From the IMG/VR virus record IMGVR_UViG_3300028888_000132: DNA of 20,000 nt. One strand, written 5' to 3'. Of the stretch, positions 16,112 to 20,000 are shown in pieces. The notes under the pieces are model-generated. The model was not told the origin of the DNA. It did not search any database and saw only the letters and a program-made list of their open reading frames with translations. The translations under genes were made by a program, and so were the position numbers. Within the stretch, counting starts at the first letter, position 1. Each line of letters opens with the position of its first letter. The stretch comes from an uncultured virus (IMG/VR IMGVR_UViG_3300028888_000132). Its lineage: Duplodnaviria > Heunggongvirae > Uroviricota > Caudoviricetes.

Positions 16112-16380
16112 GTTGCCTTACACTGAAAATAGGACTGCCACCGATAGGCATTGTATCTTCGGGTGCCAAGCATACGGGATGGTTTGATGTCGATGTCAAG
16201 AACAAGAATCCGAAGCTGACAGCTTCCAAGATAGGGAATATGATTGTTGATGTTGCCCTTATATGCCGTGCAAGCAATGGGTTCTACCTCCGTGTCAAGC
16301 CCTCAGAAGCTATGTGGATAACAGTCGGCAAGGGCATAGACTATCAGGTTATTTCCAACACCGATTGGATAATTGAGTGA
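16108..16380 (+). CDS. Protein ending in the N-terminal half of a BACON domain
   Basis: 90 aa. C-terminal YLRVKPSEAMWITVGKGIDYQVISNTDWIIE matches the first BACON strands (L.V.P.....V.SNT.W.I). Confidence 0.7.
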   Translation: MSCLTLKIGLPPIGIVSSGAKHTGWFDVDVKNKNPKLTASKIGNMIVDVALICRASNGFYLRVKPSEAMWITVGKGIDYQVISNTDWIIE

Positions 16381-16398
16381 AATTAAAAACATATAATT

Positions 16399-17004
16399 AT
16401 GGCTTACGCAAATTGGTTACAACCGAGTAAAACAAGTGGTAGCGGAAACGATACAGTCAACGTGTCTGCGCTATCATCCAACACTGGTAGAAATGCTCGT
16501 TCTACCACCGTCACTTTCAAGGCTGCGAACTGCGATGATGTTCTAAGGACTGTCCTCCAACAGGGAAAGCCCGAAACATCGGCAATACAAAGCACTGCTT
16601 CGGCTACACAAGCAGGAGGTACGGTCACTATCACTGGTACTTCTAACTCATCCCAACTGACCTTTAGTTTGGGTACTGGTAACTTGACGCTTAACCTGCC
16701 TACATCTTATTCCGCAGGCGGTATAAGTACGGCTAATGGAGCAGCTATCAGTGGCGACCCTGGAGCAGTGCAAGAGTTTACCTTTTCCATCGCTTTTACC
16801 GTCCCTGCCAATACTGATATTGATGCAAAGTCAAGGCAGATTATCGTCACCGACCACGCAGGAAATGCTCACACTTGTACTTTGACATTGGCTGCTGGCG
16901 AGGCTTACTTGACCGTTTCTCCTACATCAGTGGAGATTCCTTGGGATGCTTCGGAAAGCAAGTCATTCACGGTTGAAAGCAACACCAACTGGACTATTGC
17001 ATAA
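16399..17004 (+). CDS. BACON-domain protein with permuted architecture (C-half / full domain / N-half)
   Basis: 201 aa. Begins ANWLQPSKTSGSGNDTVNVSA..NTGRNARSTTVTF..VLQQG and ends YLTVSPTSVEIPWDASESKSFTVESNTNWTIA. Confidence 0.85.
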   Translation: MAYANWLQPSKTSGSGNDTVNVSALSSNTGRNARSTTVTFKAANCDDVLRTVLQQGKPETSAIQSTASATQAGGTVTITGTSNSSQLTFSLGTGNLTLNLPTSYSAGGISTANGAAISGDPGAVQEFTFSIAFTVPANTDIDAKSRQIIVTDHAGNAHTCTLTLAAGEAYLTVSPTSVEIPWDASESKSFTVESNTNWTIA

Positions 17005-17273
17005 TGGCTACCAAGAGTATTGCATGGCAGAATGGAAGTGGTAATATCACGGTTACTTATTCGGGTAGCCGTGATGATACCGTTTCCGTTTCTTCAAGTG
17101 AGAATGACATCTACGAGGATAGGGAACAAGTAATTACTGTCAAGACAACCGACAATGCAATATCGAGACAAGTGACAGTAAGACAAGGGATGAGAGAACC
17201 TAATCTGATAACTAAAGATGGTCATTGGATAGTTACAAAGAATGACAAGTATGTTATTGTAAAAGAAAGTTGA
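17004..17273 (+). CDS. Protein beginning with the C-terminal half of a BACON domain
   Basis: 89 aa. W.NGSGNITV...VSVSSSENDIYEDREQVITVKT....RQVTVRQG; TAATG-coupled to the previous gene. Confidence 0.75.
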   Translation: MATKSIAWQNGSGNITVTYSGSRDDTVSVSSSENDIYEDREQVITVKTTDNAISRQVTVRQGMREPNLITKDGHWIVTKNDKYVIVKES

Positions 17274-17274
17274 T

Positions 17275-17499
17275 ATGGCTAATACAGCGCACCAGATAGA
17301 TTATACAGACACGCAGTTGGATGAAGCGTTAGACAGGGCAATGACCGTTCCTGCCGTGTCAACCTCTGACAACGGCAAGATAATGGAGGTGGTTAGTGGA
17401 GCATGGGCTGCGGTGAAACCCGTAGCCATATATTCAGGTACATCTGCTCCAAGCAGCAGTCTTGGCAACAATGGTGACATCTATATTCAGACCTCATGA
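17275..17499 (+). CDS. Short fibre-like adaptor protein
   Basis: 74 aa with VPAVSTSDNGKIMEVVSGAW and YSGTSAPSSSLGNNGDIYIQ, motifs I recognise from phage fibre proteins. Confidence 0.65.
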   Translation: MANTAHQIDYTDTQLDEALDRAMTVPAVSTSDNGKIMEVVSGAWAAVKPVAIYSGTSAPSSSLGNNGDIYIQTS

Positions 17500-18878
17500 G
17501 CAGAACAATCAATGATACTGGTACAGAAAGCTCCCACCCAGTCAGCTATGACAGTGGGTACTCTGCGTATAGTGTAAGTGGCTTGGATAATGCCCTGGCG
17601 GATTCCGATAGCACCACCTATGCCACCATTAACTTAACAAGAGGACAGAATGCTGAGACGATAATCTACTATAATTTCAACATTACTGGCATTCCAAGTG
17701 GTGCTACAATTAACTCAGTCAGCTGCTCTGCTAAGTGCTATATCAGCTCCACAAATTCAAGCCGTATTGCCACAAGGCAGATAAGATTGTATTCAGGCTC
17801 TACTGCTATGGGTTCTGCACACACAGTTTCCAACAGCACTACGGCTTTCAGTATGACTGCTGGAACATGGACTGCTGCACAGTTTGCTAATGCCAAGGTA
17901 AGGTTATATGCCAAGCGTGGTACAAGCAATACTACCACCAACTATTACTTCAGGTTCTATGGAGCAACATTGACGGTTTCCTATACCTATCAAACAGTAG
18001 TCTATGAGGTAACTGCAAGTAGTAATGTCAGCGGAGTTACCATAGAGCCAGCCTCTCAAGAACAGGCACAAGGTGGTAATGCAACGGTAACACTTAACAC
18101 AAATTCCAATATTAAATTGTTGGATAACAATACGGATGTTACATCGTCAATAGAATATGGCAGCCAAAATCCTACCTATTCGGTGGAAACAGTATCAGGT
18201 GCAGAGTATGGGTTCAACTTGTCTAATGGGTGGTATGTGTCAGCTAACAAGGGAATCAATTCGTCTGCTGCTTTGTGTAGGGTTACTTTTGACTTGCCTA
18301 TTAGTTGTGATATTACCTTTACATACATTAACTATGCAGAGGCTACCTATGACTTTGGCGTTTTCTCTAAAATTGATACCGCTTTATCTACTACTGCATG
18401 GGACTCAACAAGTAGTGGCGGTGATACTACTACTGATGCAGGGAAAGAGCAAAGGCGACTCAATACATCATCTTATAACTCATCAAGTCAGCAAACATTG
18501 ACATATAGTAATGTATCATCTGGAAGTCATTACATAGATGTAAAGTTCAGCAAAGACCAAGCTACTGCCGAGAATAATGATACATTGCAATGGAAGGTTT
18601 CTATAACTCCGAGGGGTACATTGCCTACTGTATATACATATACAATTACAAATATATCAGCAGACCATGTGCTTGTTGTTAATCCAGCTTCTGCACCAAG
18701 TGATAAGATATTCCGCAAGGTAAATGGCACATGGGTACAGGCTTCTAAGGAATATGTGAAAGTGAGCGGTACATGGAGAGAGGTCAGCAAGGTTTACAAG
18801 AAAGTCAATGGCTCTTGGGTGGAACAAGATGATATTAGTGCAATGTTTGACCCTAATGCAATTTATATAGGAGGTTAA
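17496..18878 (+). CDS. Putative fibre-tip adhesin / receptor-binding protein
   Basis: 460 aa, Ser/Thr/Tyr-rich beta protein. YTYTITNISADHVLVV Ig-like strand and three C-terminal KV(N/S)GxW repeats; ATGA-coupled to the 74-aa gene. Confidence 0.7.
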   Translation: MSRTINDTGTESSHPVSYDSGYSAYSVSGLDNALADSDSTTYATINLTRGQNAETIIYYNFNITGIPSGATINSVSCSAKCYISSTNSSRIATRQIRLYSGSTAMGSAHTVSNSTTAFSMTAGTWTAAQFANAKVRLYAKRGTSNTTTNYYFRFYGATLTVSYTYQTVVYEVTASSNVSGVTIEPASQEQAQGGNATVTLNTNSNIKLLDNNTDVTSSIEYGSQNPTYSVETVSGAEYGFNLSNGWYVSANKGINSSAALCRVTFDLPISCDITFTYINYAEATYDFGVFSKIDTALSTTAWDSTSSGGDTTTDAGKEQRRLNTSSYNSSSQQTLTYSNVSSGSHYIDVKFSKDQATAENNDTLQWKVSITPRGTLPTVYTYTITNISADHVLVVNPASAPSDKIFRKVNGTWVQASKEYVKVSGTWREVSKVYKKVNGSWVEQDDISAMFDPNAIYIGG

Positions 18879-18879
18879 T

Positions 18880-19404
18880 ATGGAAATCGAGGTTAAAGAC
18901 AAGAGGGTAGGATGCCTAACATTGGCGATGTGGTTCTTTTTGGTGTTCTGCACTGGGCTGATTCTTATCTGTCTTGGAAGCTGTAGGAGTGTCAAGTATG
19001 TCACTTATGAGACAATCAAGCACGATTCAATTTTCATCAGCAAGAAGGACACATTGAAAGTCACGCATACTATCAAGGAGAAGGAATATGTAGAGGTTAA
19101 GGACAGTGCAAGCACCACATTGGACGAGCAAGGCAATATCTTAAAACAAGAGATTTGGCACAACAAGACGATTATCCGTCAGATGTCCGATTCCCTTGAT
19201 TATTACAGAGCAATGTATGATTCACTGCTCTCGGTGAAACAGAAAACCGAATATGTGCCTTATCCTGCGGAGAGAGAGTTATCCACTTGGGAGAAAAGGT
19301 ATATCTCTCTCGGAAAGGTGTCGCTGGGCTTGTATATCGGGCTTGTGGCGGCTTTAATTGCTTGGTTGGTATATTATATCAAGCGGAAGAAGAAAATGCC
19401 TTAG
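18880..19404 (+). CDS. Unimolecular spanin (u-spanin)-like lipoprotein
   Basis: 174 aa. Hydrophobic signal ending in lipobox LGSC, beta-rich periplasmic segment, C-terminal TM helix (LGLYIGLVAALIAWLVYYI) followed by KRKKK. Last gene of the late unit. Confidence 0.75.
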   Translation: MEIEVKDKRVGCLTLAMWFFLVFCTGLILICLGSCRSVKYVTYETIKHDSIFISKKDTLKVTHTIKEKEYVEVKDSASTTLDEQGNILKQEIWHNKTIIRQMSDSLDYYRAMYDSLLSVKQKTEYVPYPAERELSTWEKRYISLGKVSLGLYIGLVAALIAWLVYYIKRKKKMP

Positions 19405-19419
19405 AATTGGCTTTTAAAG

Positions 19420-19476
19420 TTTTTCATGATATAGTTATTTTATTAGAGCAGTCGGTCTGCGAAGATAGGCTGCTTT
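19420..19476 (+). ncRNA. Candidate 3'-derived sRNA unit 1 (UUUUCAU seed + GCGA-loop hairpin)
   Basis: TTTTTCAT at 19420-19427, U-rich linker, hairpin AGAGCAGTC-G-GTCT GCGA AGAT-A-GGCTGCTTT (19445-19476). The ncRNA status is inference. Confidence 0.45.
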
Positions 19477-19484
19477 GCAAATAG

Positions 19485-19537
19485 TTTTTTCATAAGTTAT
19501 GTTTTTACTGCTGGGCTGTGAAGTTCGGCAGTTTTTT
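19485..19537 (+). terminator. Late-operon intrinsic terminator / candidate sRNA unit 2
   Basis: TTTTTTCAT at 19485-19493, then ACTGCTGGGC-T GTGA A-GTTCGGCAGT (19507-19532) followed by TTTTT. Confidence 0.7.
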
Positions 19538-19541
19538 ATAC

Positions 19542-19607
19542 AAAAAAAGCCCACCCTATCCTCACGGACAAGATGGGCTGACAAAACTTAATACTAATTT
19601 ATGAAAA
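19542..19607 (-). terminator. Minus-strand intrinsic terminator / candidate sRNA unit 3
   Basis: Minus strand reads TTTTCAT-AAATTAGTATTAAGTTTTGTC-AGCCCATCTTGTCC GTGA GGATAGGGTGGGC-TTTTTTT. Confidence 0.7.
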
Positions 19608-19673
19608 CAAAACTACAATGAGAATTTTTTCTCTATGATGCTCCAATCTAAAACAATATCTTCGTTCATACAT

Positions 19674-20000
19674 TTATTCTTCTTTAAAGTTCAACTTTCC
19701 TTGTAAATATTTGTCGGCATACCAATGGGAATATGACTTGCCGCTTATCCACCAATCAAAGATGTTCTCAGCTATCTCGTCTTCTGTCTGTTCGTTTTGC
19801 CCCCCCCTAATGCCGTTTAGAGAGGGGCTTGGAGAAAACCCCGTTCCATATACCGATATTTGCTTTCCTTTCCCAATGTCCTCGAAGTTCTGTATTGCGA
19901 GCTTCCCGATTCCGATAGTCCATCCGTTCCTCCATTTGGATATTTGTGCAATATTCTGTTGCTGATGATTGACTATCCCCGCCCCCCCCCTTCCCCATTC
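19674..20000 (-). CDS. 3' end of a convergent gene, probably phage PAPS-reductase-family protein (partial)
   Basis: Frame open from 20000 to TAA at 19676-19674: ...GFSPSPSLNGIRGGQNEQTEDEIAENIFDWWISGKSYSHWYADKYLQGKLNFKEE*. I recall the ENIFDWWISGKSY tail from Bacteroidota phage PAPS-reductase-like proteins; the catalytic motif is not in the window. Absent from the ORF track. Confidence 0.55.
   Translation of the reverse strand, partial: EWGRGGAGIVNHQQQNIAQISKWRNGWTIGIGKLAIQNFEDIGKGKQISVYGTGFSPSPSLNGIRGGQNEQTEDEIAENIFDWWISGKSYSHWYADKYLQGKLNFKEE

Noticed and set aside
16378..16401. Readthrough fusing the 90-aa and 201-aa BACON ORFs (same frame)
   Set aside because: Two different in-frame stops (TGA 16378, TAA 16384) and a normal AT-rich leader precede ATG 16399.
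19613..19669. 18-aa minus-strand ORF MNEDIVLDWSIIEKKFSL after the PAPS-reductase-like stop
   Set aside because: Too short to support without homology or ribosome profiling data.
1..20000. Stop-codon reassignment, CRISPR array, tRNA, integrase or invertible shufflon
   Set aside because: Genes are intact and densely packed in the standard code; I saw no repeat-spacer array, cloverleaf, recombinase or inverted cassette.

Overview
Late (structural and lysis) region of a tailed Bacteroidota phage or prophage, probably siphovirus-like with a Prevotella/Bacteroides-type host. Plus strand, in order: 3' part of a tape measure gene; a promoter immediately followed by a terminator-like hairpin; a 2703-aa Tal/hub + fibre + S74-chaperone fusion; a retropepsin-like aspartic protease; two paralogous tail-associated proteins; two small hypotheticals; a 2-TM protein; holin; DUF5675-like endolysin; a six-gene BACON/fibre/adhesin module; a u-spanin. 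A cluster of three GYGA-loop hairpin units follows, then the 3' end of a convergent minus-strand gene (probably PAPS-reductase family) containing poly-G tracts. Most notable: (1) BACON domains split across gene boundaries, suggesting head-to-tail polymerisation into a fibre; (2) three 'UUUUCAU + U-rich + GYGA hairpin' units resembling anti-start-codon sRNAs; (3) no GATC, CCGG or GGCC found in a manual scan of all 20 kb. All family assignments come from motif recognition by eye; no database searches were run.
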